A stretch of DNA of 63,998 nt, filler included, from Octopus bimaculoides (taxonomy: Eukaryota): the NCBI RefSeq assembly GCF_001194135.2. It is 4 parts of 4 records of this genome, joined end to end, with 100 filler letters (N's around TTAATTAATTAA, not from the genome) between each part and the next. Parts side by side here need not be neighbours in the genome. Positions count along the whole stretch, not along the records: positions 1 to 28,610 come from NC_069005.1; 3 more parts are not named here. One strand, given 5' to 3'. The notes beneath the pieces were generated by a model. It ran no database searches. It saw only the letters and a program-made list of their open reading frames with translations, and was not told the origin of the DNA. Positions 9,301 through 20,029 of the stretch are shown in pieces. A program made the translations under genes and the position numbers. Numbering within the stretch: the first letter of the stretch is position 1; every line of letters starts with the position of its first letter.

Positions 9301-11779
9301 GCCGAGGACGACCTTGCGTTTCAGCCTTTTGGGATCGATAAAATCACTACCAGTTGAGTATTGGGGTCCATGTAGTCGACTTACTCACTCCCTCACCCCC
9401 GAAACTGCTGGTCTTGTGCCAAGATTTGAAACCAATATGTTGGCTGTACCTCTACCTCCACCCACCCCCCATCATAATTTGTTACATATGTTCACTTAAT
9501 CTTACAAGATACTTTATTCTAAGAAATTGAAGAGAAAGTAATATTTTGATATTACATGAAAGTAATTGAAAAGAAATGCAAGTAATACAACTATTATAAA
9601 ATAAATTCTTAATTTTTATTTAATTTTCAGATTGGATCATGGGTCGACTCTTTGAACCTAAACATATTGGACTATCGAGGATCTGAATACGCGGATATCG
9701 CGATTATACCACTGTCACGTTGTCCTGTCGGAAGTACCTGCAACTGCCTGAATGCTAAAGCAGAGAAAGTGCAACAGTCAACACCTCAGTCTGATTTATT
9801 AACTTCGGGTGAAGACAAAATATACATTGACCCAGAAACGGGTGCTTTCGTCAATCTTCGGAGCCTCCCGTCTATAGGCGAACGATTCTCCAGCGTCTGG
9901 GGTACCATTGCAACGACATTGGCCGCTCTTGGAGCTTTTTTCTCGTTCTGTTTGTTCTGCTATTTCATACTTTTCTACCCGTTCCGAGGAGGCACAACCA
10001 TTCTGGGTTTCACGTTGATTATTGCTATTACTGGACTCTATTTAATGGTTATTCCGTTCGTCGCTCACGCCACTCCAGAAGTTTGCAGTATCCGAAGGGT
10101 GTTCCTAGGGTTCTTCTACGCTTTGGCCTACGCGGTGCTGGTGGTGAAACTCCTAGACGCCTACCGAAACATCGACAAGGAAGAACTGAAATACAAAAAC
10201 CTAGCACAACCTTGCGGCTTGCTGTTGATTACTCTCTTCATCGTGGCCATCCAGTTGATGATAGCCATCCAGTGGTTAATTCTACAGCCGCCAGAGGTCG
10301 TTAACGTGCCCGTGGCCGGCATGCTGTATCCTCGGTGCGCCCCGCACGACTTCTCCGACGAATCGCTGGTCATCTCATTCGTTTTCATCATGTTCCTTCT
10401 ACTCGTTAACGTTCTGATTGGTTCGGCTACGTGGAACAACCCGAACAACTGCTACGAATCGCAATGGATTCTGGGAATGGTTCTTCTCAGCATCCCCGTC
10501 TGGATAATTTGGTGCTTGATCTCCACTCTCAGCAGCTACAACGTACGAGACATCGCAGTGGCCGGTGGCATTTTGGTCAATGCCACCATATTGCTGGTTG
10601 TTGGACCACTTAACCGACTGAAACTCATGAAGAAGAACAACAACATGCAACCTTCTGAAAAAGACGATTATTATCTTTACGACAGCGGTGAGTAGAGTNN
10701 NNNNNNNNNNNNNNNNNNNNNNNNNNNNNNNNNNNNNNNNNNNNNNNNNNNNNNNNNNNNNNNNNNNNNNNNNNNNNNNNNNNNNNNNNNNNNNNNNNNN
10801 NNNNNNNNNNNNNNNNNNNNNNNNNNNNNNNNNNNNNNNNNNNNNNNNNNNNNNNNNNNNNNNNNNNNNNNNNNNNNNNNNNNNNNNNNNNNNNNNNNNN
10901 NNNNNNNNNNNNNNNNNNNNNNNNNNNNNNNNNNNNNNNNNNNNNNNNNNNNNNNNNNNNNNNNNNNNNNNNNNNNNNNNNNNNNNNNNNNNNNNNNNNN
11001 NNNNNNNNNNNNNNNNNNNNNNNNNNNNNNNNNNNNNNNNNNNNNNNNNNNNNNNNNNNNNNNNNNNNNNNNNNNNNNNNNNNNNNNNNNNNNNNNNNNN
11101 NNNNNNNNNNNNNNNNNNNNNNNNNNNNNNNNNNNNNNNNNNNNNNNNNNNNNNNNNNNNNNNNNNNNNNNNNNNNNNNNNNNNNNNNNNNNNNNNNNNN
11201 NNNNNNNNNNNNNNNNNNNNNNNNNNNNNNNNNNNNNNNNNNNNNNNNNNNNNNNNNNNNNNNNNNNNNNNNNNNNNNNNNNNNNNNNNNNNNNNNNNNN
11301 NNNNCATATATATATATGTATATACATATATATATATGTATATACATATATACGACGGGCTTCTTTCAGTTTCCGTCTACCAAATCCACTCACAAGGCTT
11401 TGGTCGGCCCGAGGCTATAGTAGAAGACACTTGCCCAAGGTGCCACGCAGTGGCACCGAACCCAGAACCATGTGGTTGGTAAGCAAGCTACTTACCACAC
11501 AGCCACTCCTGCGCCAATGTAGCACTTTCGCTACCTTATCGTGTCATCACAACCCGTAGTGGTTTTGGACAGGTCTAAGGCATTCGTTCGTGATATGGGC
11601 AATGGTTTCGTCTCCTTATTATCTATCATTGCTTCTATTTTTATTATTATTATTATTGCCATATTCTTCATGTGTGTGTTTTTTCTATTCTTTCAGGCTT
11701 AAATGATGACGATGTATTCTATGGCAACGGTTATAACACTGGTCCACGTATCAGAGATTACCCGGCATACCCCCAATAG
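609..11779 (+). CDS. Spliced gene (5'-partial): class C GPCR, mGluR-like, with two tandem Venus flytrap domains + 7TM; exons 609-1918, 2968-3393, 4008-4447, 5454-5859, 7702-7935, 9631-10687, 11697-11779
   Basis: All six introns are GT-AG and phases match (0,0,2,0,0,1). Exons sum to 3956 nt, about 1317 codons plus stop. Class C VFT motifs occur twice (FDIH, CG, DxC, SAT, RTVPxD, D-x-WG, WF-x-E/D, QD), followed by seven hydrophobic helices. Confidence 0.9.
2968..3393 (+). CDS. Exon 2: end of VFT-A, Cys mini-linker, start of second VFT (VFT-B)
   Basis: Acceptor ccacag|atc, donor ata|gtgagt, both phase 0. IGSY..SSCSATSCAKC..LVAVFDIH..QCG..GFQHALAFFYAI..LGGVALDTC. Confidence 0.92.
3512..3940 (+). 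mobile_element. SINE C tail (3512-3712) followed by a full SINE A (3737-3940) in intron 2
   Basis: First part matches 7150-7353. Second part has the head gagctggcggaaacgttaacacgcc and B-box-like gttcaaattc. Confidence 0.75.
4008..4447 (+). CDS. Exon 3: VFT-B lobe 1 and hinge
   Basis: Acceptor taccag|atc (phase 0), donor ag|gtgatt (phase 2). SPSATTTKLSD..YPHFLRTVPPDDLQA..WTYVS..DNEYG..VCA..ARAVVLF. Confidence 0.93.
4867..5366 (+). mobile_element. SINE family B (tRNA-like head, CCTTGGGCAAG-type core, internal TA/TG microsatellite spanning a gap)
   Basis: ggcgtaggagtggctgtgtggtaag..gggttcagtccc..tcttgggcaagtgtcttctactatagc; 3' half cttgacaaccga..ctggggtcgatttgctcgact. Confidence 0.8.
5454..5859 (+). 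CDS. Exon 4: VFT-B lobe 2
   Basis: Acceptor ttcag|a (phase 2, completes Arg), donor gag|gtaatt (phase 0). FVWIGSDTWG..AGAITI..WFFDFYQDIHKC..QQDAFIFHTVLAV. Confidence 0.93.
5873..6257 (+). repeat. Identical 106-bp direct repeat (5873-5978 and 6152-6257)
   Basis: ttaggtggttttaaataag...cccctgctatggccact is present twice, with no mismatch found by eye. Confidence 0.9.
5895..6575 (+). mobile_element. Diverged SINE B with nested SINE A (6020-6298)
   Basis: B sequence breaks at ggtagaaac and resumes at agaaactgaaa after an A copy. Confidence 0.7.
7033..7353 (+). mobile_element. SINE family C (tRNA-like head)
   Basis: ggcgcgtaacttattagctagggtgttcg..gagttcaattcc..ccttaagcaag..tttatttcacgttgctc; related copies at 16545-16762(-), 23900-24025(-), 34170-34445(-), 44425-44612(+). 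Confidence 0.7.
7702..7935 (+). CDS. Exon 5: C-terminal part of VFT-B
   Basis: Acceptor ttccag|tgt, donor agg|gtaaga, both phase 0. FKFTESGYGDIGYDIMNY..YEYVR resembles the mGluR F-x3-GD-x3-RYDIMN segment. Confidence 0.88.
9040..9437 (+). mobile_element. Head-to-tail SINE A dimer in intron 5
   Basis: Two gagttcaaattccgccgagg units joined at aataaagaaataagaaacgttagcac. Confidence 0.8.
9631..10687 (+). CDS. Exon 6: end of VFT-B, second Cys mini-linker, stalk and class C 7TM domain
   Basis: Acceptor tttcag|att (phase 0), donor g|gtgagt (phase 1). IGSW..SRCPVGSTCNC, then seven hydrophobic segments with class C hallmarks (TM3 C-x2-RR..Y-x5-K, TM4 IQL..WL..PP, ECL2 Cys, TM6 E and W). Confidence 0.93.
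11345..11515 (-). mobile_element. SINE B 5' half, antisense, in intron 6
   Basis: Reverse complement of the 4867-5035 sequence with about ten mismatches. Confidence 0.85.
11697..11779 (+). CDS. Putative terminal coding exon: GLNDDDVFYGNGYNTGPRIRDYPAYPQ*
   Basis: Polypyrimidine acceptor ttttctattctttcag|gc, phase 1 matching exon 6, TAG at 11777-11779. The preceding intron contains a ~600-N gap that could hide another exon. Confidence 0.7.
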
Positions 11780-12667
11780 TCCTCGAGAACACAGACACAC
11801 AGACACTGTATTAATGTAAGTAGATACAATGGCGTCGCTCTATTTCGGGTTTTGTTTTTACAACTTTCCTTATATAACATATATGTGAATGTGTGAGACA
11901 GCGTATGACTATGTATGCATATATATATATATNNNNNNNNNNNNNNNNNNNNNNNNNNNNNNNNNNNNNNNNNNNNNNNNNNNNNNNNNNNNNNNNNNNN
12001 NNNNNNNNNNNNNNNNNNNNNNNNNNNNNNNNNNNNNNNNNNNNNNNNNNNNNNNNNNNNNNNNNNNNNNNNNNNNNNNNNNNNNNNNNNNNNNNNNNNN
12101 NNNNNNNNNNNNNNNNNNNNNNNNNNNNNNNNNNNNNNNNNNNNNNNNNNNNNNNNNNNNNNNNNNNNNNNNNNNNNNNNNNNNNNNNNNNNNNNNNNNN
12201 NNNNNNNNNNNNNNNNNNNNNNNNNNNNNNNNNNNNNNNNNNNNNNNNNNNNNNNNNNNNNNNNNNNNNNNNNNNNNNNNNNNNNNNNNNNNNNNNNNNN
12301 NNNNNNNNNNNNNNNNNNNNNNNNNNNNNNNNNNNNNNNNNNNNNNNNNNNNNNNNNNNNNNNNNNNNNNNNNNNNNNNNNNNNNNNNNNNNNNNNNNNN
12401 NNNNNNNNNNNNNNNNNNNNNNNNNNNNNNNNNNNNNNNNNNNNNNNNNNNNNNNNNNNNNNNNNNNNNNNNNNNNNNNNNNNNNNNNNNNNNNNNNNNN
12501 NNNNNNNNNNNNNNNNNNNNNNNNNNNNNNNNNNNNNNNNNNNNNNNNNNNNNNNNNNNNNNNNNNNNNNNNNNNNNNNNNNNNNNNNNNNNNNNNNNNN
12601 NNNNNNNNNNNNNNNNNNNNNNNNNNNNNNNNNNNNNNNNNNNNNNNNNNNNNNNNNNNNNNNNNNN

Positions 12668-12726
<59 letters not shown>

Positions 12727-13126
12727 GCAAATATATTATTTATATTATATATATATGCATACACATACATACATACATACATACAAAGACATTCTTGTGA
12801 TCGGTAGCTGTTTGTGTACAATATAAACGTACCAATAACACATTTTTGCGTTATGAGCCAGTGCATGGGGTCTATCTTTCAATGTGATGGGTGCAGCACG
12901 TGAGTGCGTGTGTGTGTGTGTGTGTGACGCAACAGAATCACACGTTGCGATTTGGAATTCTTTAGACCTTTTCTTTCGTTCGATCTTTCTTGATATTCTT
13001 TGTTGCATGAACGGTTGACATAATGCACAGCGACAACAGCAACAACAACGATCCCGCTGCCAGACAATGACGTGTCTTCACGCTCCACAGCTTTCCTGGC
13101 GACAGCAAATGTCGGCTTCTTTCAGG

Positions 13127-13189
<63 letters not shown>

Positions 13190-14069
13190 GTCATTGTTGT
13201 TGCTGCTGCAACTGATGGTGTTGTTGNNNNNNNNNNNNNNNNNNNNNNNNNNNNNNNNNNNNNNNNNNNNNNNNNNNNNNNNNNNNNNNNNNNNNNNNNN
13301 NNNNNNNNNNNNNNNNNNNNNNNNNNNNNNNNNNNNNNNNNNNNNNNNNNNNNNNNNNNNNNNNNNNNNNNNNNNNNNNNNNNNNNNNNNNNNNNNNNNN
13401 NNNNNNNNNNNNNNNNNNNNNNNNNNNNNNNNNNNNNNNNNNNNNNNNNNNNNNNNNNNNNNNNNNNNNNNNNNNNNNNNNNNNNNNNNNNNNNNNNNNN
13501 NNNNNNNNNNNNNNNNNNNNNNNNNNNNNNNNNNNNNNNNNNNNNNNNNNNNNNNNNNNNNNNNNNNNNNNNNNNNNNNNNNNNNNNNNNNNNNNNNNNN
13601 NNNNNNNNNNNNNNNNNNNNNNNNNNNNNNNNNNNNNNNNNNNNNNNNNNNNNNNNNNNNNNNNNNNNNNNNNNNNNNNNNNNNNNNNNNNNNNNNNNNN
13701 NNNNNNNNNNNNNNNNNNNNNNNNNNNNNNNNNNNNNNNNNNNNNNNNNNNNNNNNNNNNNNNNNNNNNNNNNNNNNNNNNNNNNNNNNNNNNNNNNNNN
13801 NNNNNNNNNNNNNNNNNNNNNNNNNNNNNNNNNNNNNNNNNNNNNNNNNNNNNNNNNNNNNNNNNNNNNNNNNNNNNNNNNNNNNNNNNNNNNNNNNNNN
13901 NNNNNNNNNNNNNNNNNNNNNNNNNNNNNNNNNNNNNNNNNNNNNNNNNNNNNNNNNNNNNNNNNNNNNNNNNNNNNNNNNNNNNNNNNNNNNNNNNNNN
14001 NNNNNNNNNNNNNNNNNNNNNNNNNNNNNNNNNNNNNNNNNNNNNNNNNNNNNNNNNNNNNNNNNNNNC

Positions 14070-14620
14070 AGGGTAGGCCCGTTCACTTGCACTATGCTCG
14101 CCACTTTCCTTCACCTTTCAGCAAACTGGTCAGAAGACAACACTTCCCTCTCTAACCTTATTTTCCTTTTCAAGTGAAACTCGAAAAAGTTCATCAGGGA
14201 TTGGCCAAAGAGAAAAATGTTTGTCTTCAGCCCCTTCAGTTTCGTCCATCATACAACCTCTTTCGCCATGGCCACCAGGCATATAAAAACATCCTTTCCT
14301 TCACGGTTAAAAGGAGGCGGCGGGGCGATCTTCACGATGGATTCAGTTGACAGCCAGATCCGTCCCACACGCAACAGCAGGTGTTCGACATAAACCCGCG
14401 TCGTCCTACACGCATCTCGGACATGCTTGGCTGACGGCACTTCCGTACCAGTAAAGATTATCTCGAAAAGGCGGAGCTCCCCGGTAGCACTGCCAAGCCA
14501 GAGATTTTTGGAAATTATCTATCGGTCCCAGACCGAAAGTTCTCTAGAAAAGAGCGACCAGCTGATGTTCTTCAACGCCCAAGGTCTCCCCAAGAACGTC
14601 GTTGCACTTTTCCTCCACTA
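14070..14620 (-). mobile_element. Degraded LINE ORF2 C-terminus, L1/Tx1-like zinc-binding (zf-RVT-like) region
   Basis: Minus-strand translation with stops and a frameshift: KSLAWQCYRGAPPFRDNLYWYGSAVSQACPRC (14504-14412), then VEHLLLRVGRIWL..AKEVV*W. Resembles the W-x5-LP...CPxC motif. Confidence 0.6.
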
Positions 14621-14669
14621 ATCCTCTATAAAAGCTAAAGCAGACGTTCCATAATAATCCTTTGTGCCA

Positions 14670-14846
14670 AAGGCAAAAGGCCTGAAATTTTGTGGGAAGA
14701 GACTAGTCGATTACATCGACCCCAGTGTTTAACTGGTACTTATTTTATCGACCCCAAAAGGATGAAAGGCAAGGAATTTGAACACAGAACGTGAAGACGG
14801 ACGAAATGCCGCTAAGCATTTTGCCCGGCGTGCTAGCGGTTTTGCA
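14670..14846 (-). mobile_element. SINE A
   Basis: Reverse of the A consensus, followed by (AAT)n. Confidence 0.75.
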
Positions 14847-14848
14847 CC

Positions 14849-14909
<61 letters not shown>

Positions 14910-16358
14910 TCTTTCTAATGTTGGCATGATGCCAATATTTTGAGGAAAAAAGTCTGCTCTAAAATAATATTTTCTACATTTTTTTTATTGTCATTGTTTA
15001 TTTTTATTACTTTTTATTTGGCAGCCGGAAGACACAAACAGAAAAAGAACAAAAAATATAAAAGAACAACAAAGAAGAAAAACAGCCACCGAAAAAGGAG
15101 AGAAAAAAAGGAAGATAATCATCTGGCTGTCTTCGGAAATGGTGAGCTCAAGCGAAGAAGAGAAACTAAAATGGAATGCTGAAGCCCGCGTCAGTGATAA
15201 GAACCTACGATGTGTGCATGTGTGTGTTTGTGTGAATGTGTGTGTGCGTGTGTGGTCATGTGATAGCAGTTGTGGTGGCACGTGACTATATGATAGAATA
15301 GCAGTTTTGTATATAACAAAAAGAATAAGTGCTGTGGTTGCATTTAACCGTTTGGTTAAAGTGTGATAATGTTTTGTGATGTTGTTGTTGTTGTTGTTAT
15401 TTAACCCGTGGTCAACAGTGCTTGAGTAGACCTTTGATCATACGTCTGCTCAATCCAGACATGACTAACTCCCCCGCCCTTCTTGTCCCAGTTTGATATA
15501 GCAGCCAAATCTCCCTCAAACTACAGTTCATTGTCTTACAAAATAGAAGGCCACATTCATTAATGCAGTCATACGTACAGCAAGGTCTGAATAGAAGGCA
15601 CGGCTGGAACGTCTTTGATCTGATCACAGAACTGGACTGGGGTTACATAAAAGCAAAAACACCACGATCCCCACTGCTAACACCACTGGGGCAAACCGCG
15701 GTTCCCAGGGACGCATGTGGCCCTTAAGCATCCTTCCGGCGGCTCCCGACAGTCTTCCCTCTATAAATATAACAGATCTTTCTTTAATTGCGGCCCTCTA
15801 ACAAAAGCCCAGGTCTTGTATCTGGCCCGGATATTAAAATGGTCGAGAACCACTGCTCTAGGCAGTCACTGGGCCTGCTAGAAATAACAGCCAAACATCC
15901 CTCAAAATACAGCTTACAGTCTTAGAAAAGGAGAACACGTTGGATAATGTGATCGTGGATTTAGAAAATTAGATAAAGTAGCCGGTGATAAATAAACTAT
16001 GATTAAAATAATACAGGATGGTCATGACCAGAGTGCTGTTGGATCAGGAGCAACCCAGTACTAAACAATATCACACGTACATTGACACACCATCACTACC
16101 TCCGCCATCACCACCACTAGTAGCATCACAAGATTGTATATGTTGGTTTAATCTATCTTTAAGTAAGTTCTCTCTGACGTTTCGGTCAGAACGTTCCCCA
16201 GTTTCGTCAAAATTCAGTGTTTTTGTTTATTTGCTGCCCGTTTCTCTCCTGCCCTTTTTGCTGCTTTCGTTCGAACTCAACTAATTTAACATTCCATTCT
16301 CAAATTTTTGTATTTTAAATAAAGACTGTTTTCTATTTTTCAATAATTCGTTGTTGTT

Positions 16359-16360
<2 letters not shown>

Positions 16361-16453
<93 letters not shown>
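16361..16453. repeat. (CT)n microsatellite
   Basis: Direct reading. Representative of dozens of di-, tri- and tetranucleotide tracts in the window. Confidence 0.95.
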
Positions 16454-16455
<2 letters not shown>

Positions 16456-19400
16456 GGTCCACCTCACTCTCACCCTATCTAAACATATATCTCCAAACAC
16501 GCGTACATGGATGAGTGGAGGTATAGATAGACAGATAGATAAGCTTTCAAATGATGCCACCCCACTGGCTGAATGGATAGGCCAATAATCCCTCTGAACA
16601 GGACGCCTGTTTTTCGCGGTGTTACCTATTAACAGCCGAGTGAACCGGAGCGATAGGAAATGAAATGTTTTGCTCTAGAAGAGGAAGCACCGCTGGTCTT
16701 GGAATCGAAGCAATGATCTTGTGATGGCGAGTATAATACCCTAACCACTATGTCACGTGTCTTCAGAATTTAAAACACTGGGAGAAAAGTGGTGTCAGGG
16801 AATCTAGAAAGATCGATTTATTGATACATTTAAGAAAATTATAAAATTTGACATTTTGGAACACATCACCTCGAATCGGATCTGTCGTGTTAATGAGAGG
16901 AGAACTTATCTCCACTAAAAGAGAGCTGCACAGAGAACTATATCTTGGATAAAGAAGGAAAAGAAGGAAGTGCCGTCCACAGATGTTACGGTTATTCGAT
17001 ATGTAATCCCCTGGAAAGATATGGATGAATACGAGATAGGTAAATGGATTTCTACATTTACGAGTTGACTGTTGAAGTAGAAGCCGTGTGGCTGTATGTG
17101 ATTCTAGGCAGAGACGAATCTAGGAAAGAATAGCTGACCTTAACTTTGTGTATATCGAAAAGTTCACAGTATTTATTTTTCGGTGGGAAATGTCTTATTG
17201 GCGTCAGGAAAATTCCCGACTATGTTCATTAAAACAACTAAATTATATGGTAGATTACACCAGAATCCCTTTTTCTTCGTGTTTCACTTTTGGTGTTGAA
17301 TAAATGTTGAATGAATATCATAGTAAATACTTCTAATCAGCACATCGCCACAAAATGAAGAGGACTCGTTGAATAAGTCCGTCTGACGATAACTTGAAGA
17401 CTTAACTAACTGCGATTACGTGGTATATAAATATCGCTGGGGTGGGGTTAATCATAATTTTTTGTATTTTAATTTCGTGTTTTCATTTGACTTTCTATAA
17501 GTGTATTCATTACTCGTTTGTATTTAAAGCTAGTGATATAAGTAGGAAGTTGATTGTTAATAGCTTAAGTACAACGGTTAAGTTTAAACAAAACGCCTTA
17601 AATATTCCTGTTAAATATTTTCTAAACTTATGCATGGCGTGGTCTTTTGTTTTACGTGAACTTTCAAAGCCGTTGTTTCGGACACTCCTGGGATATTAGA
17701 GGTTGGGTCGCTTTTGAGGTATGTCAAGGATAAACAATGTATCTGTGCGTGTGCGCCTGCATGCGTGTATGGATGTATGTATTTATGTATTTATGTATGT
17801 ACGTAAACTGTTACAGATTTTATGACAAACAACCAAACGGTAATTTATTTCGGGAGAAAATATTTCACACAGAAACCGATTAATTCGTTGGTATATTTAC
17901 AAAACAAGAAACGTTGCTTAACATATTCAATAATCGTCCAGTCAAGATTCCCACACATTCCTTTTCTCATCCTTAGTTTTCTTACTTCTTTCAGATATTC
18001 TTTACATTTTTCTGCTTGTTATTTTGGTGTGGAGGAGGTTGAGGGCTGAAAATCTTTTATCATCCTTAATAAAAAAGAAATCGTTTATTTACCTTACCAA
18101 TTATATTCCTCCACGCTGGATTTGTTCGTTATTGTTGTTAACAACCATCTACTACAGCTGGCTAGGAATATATATATTCTAAGTCGTGTGAACCGAAAAG
18201 TGGTGACACTGCGGAACTGAAGGGGGAGCTGAGCAAGAAGGATCTGAGAGAACCTTTATGGCCCTTAAATTGGATAAGCACGCAGTTGCAGATTTTAGCG
18301 AAGACGTTTGCGGAAGATTAAAGTCTGTGGTCGGTAGTGTAAAAGAGAGGGCAAAAATCTGGTAGATATCCATCCGTGGCATCTCTTAGTAATTTACTCT
18401 AGTGATTTGATTTTATAAATATGGTACATATTTTATTGACCCACAAGGGAAACAAAAGGTGGAGTTGGCAACGGTGGGATTTGAACTCAGAACCTAAAGA
18501 CATATTTTCAGGATGCTGCTTGCTCAATTCACTGCCATCCTCCCACCACCACCACCACCACCCAACATCACCACCTCTCCTCTCGCTACGCCACCTTTCC
18601 TCTTTCCCTCTCTTGTCCCTTTCTTTGCATTCTGTCATCTTCTCCCCCTCCACCCTCTCTCTCTTTCTCTCTTACCGCCGTCACACTCACTGCTCTTCTC
18701 TCCCTCCTCCTTTACTTTGACTACTCCTACATATTCTTCCCCCCACTCTCTCTCTATTCTTTTACCTTATCATTTTCCTCTCAGAACTCCATCCTACCCC
18801 TATCCCCCCCATACCGCTCAATCGTCTCCATTTTATTCTTTACATCGCTCATTTCCTCTCTTTCTCTCTCTTTCTCTCTCTCTCCCACTCACCCTCTGTT
18901 CGCCTCTCCCTCTCTCAGTCTCCTTCTACCTACCTACCTACCTATCTATCTATTTATCCACTTACCTACCTATCGTTCTCTTTTCTTCATCTCTCCGTCT
19001 CTCTCCCTATCTCTCTCTCTCTACTCCCCTCCCTGCCTCTGTTACTTTCTCCCTTTCGCTCTCTCTCTCCCTCTCTATATTTTTATCTCTCTCTCTTTAT
19101 ATATATANNNNNNNNNNNNNNNNNNNNNNNNNNNNNNNNNNNNNNNNNNNNNNNNNNNNNNNNNNNNNNNNNNNNNNNNNNNNNNNNNNNNNNNNNNNNN
19201 NNNNNNNNNNNNNNNNNNNNNNNNNNNNNNNNNNNNNNNNNNNNNNNNNNNNNNNNNNNNNNNNNNNNNNNNNNNNNNNNNNNNNNNNNNNNNNNNNNNN
19301 NNNNNNNNNNNNNNNNNNNNNNNNNNNNNNNNNNNNNNNNNNNNNNNNNNNNNNNNNNNNNNNNNNNNNNNNNNNNNNNNNNNNNNNNNNNNNNNNNNNN

Positions 19401-19643
19401 NNNNNNNNNNNNNNNNNNNNNNNNNNNNNNNNNNNNNNNNNNNNNNNNNNNNNNNNNNNNNNNNNNNNNNNNNNNNNNNNNNNNNNNNNNNNNNNNNNNN
19501 NNNNNNNNNNNNNNNNNNNNNNNNNNNNNNNNNNNNNNNNNNNNNNNNNNNNNNNNNNNNNNNNNNNNNNNNNNNNNNNNNNNNNNNNNNNNNNNNNNNN
19601 NNNNNNNNNTCTTATAAAAGAATTCGTCCTATTATTGATTTTT

Positions 19644-19680
<37 letters not shown>

Positions 19681-19762
19681 ATATTTGTACATAAGTATTT
19701 ATCCACTTACCTATCTTTCTCTTTTCCACATCTTCCCCGTCTCCCAACTACCTCTTCCTTCT

Positions 19763-19809
<47 letters not shown>

Positions 19810-19974
19810 TCTTCACAAGCCACCAGTCGACCGTCCACCTCACAAAATTATATTCAAAATCCCATCGTTTAACCTTAAACTTCCATCACACAACTATTGT
19901 TCCATGCTCCAGTTCTCATTGCACTTCACCGCAATGGGCCGTGTTCCCATCAGAACTATCTCGATCTTCGAGAC

Positions 19975-20029
<55 letters not shown>

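Noticed and set aside
11780-11932. Polyadenylation signal for the receptor
   Set aside because: No AATAAA before the next gap, so the 3' UTR end cannot be placed.
16160-16215. Hammerhead candidate around ctgacgtttcggtcag
   Set aside because: The minus strand has GAAACGTC but no correctly placed CTGANGA and no stem I pairing.
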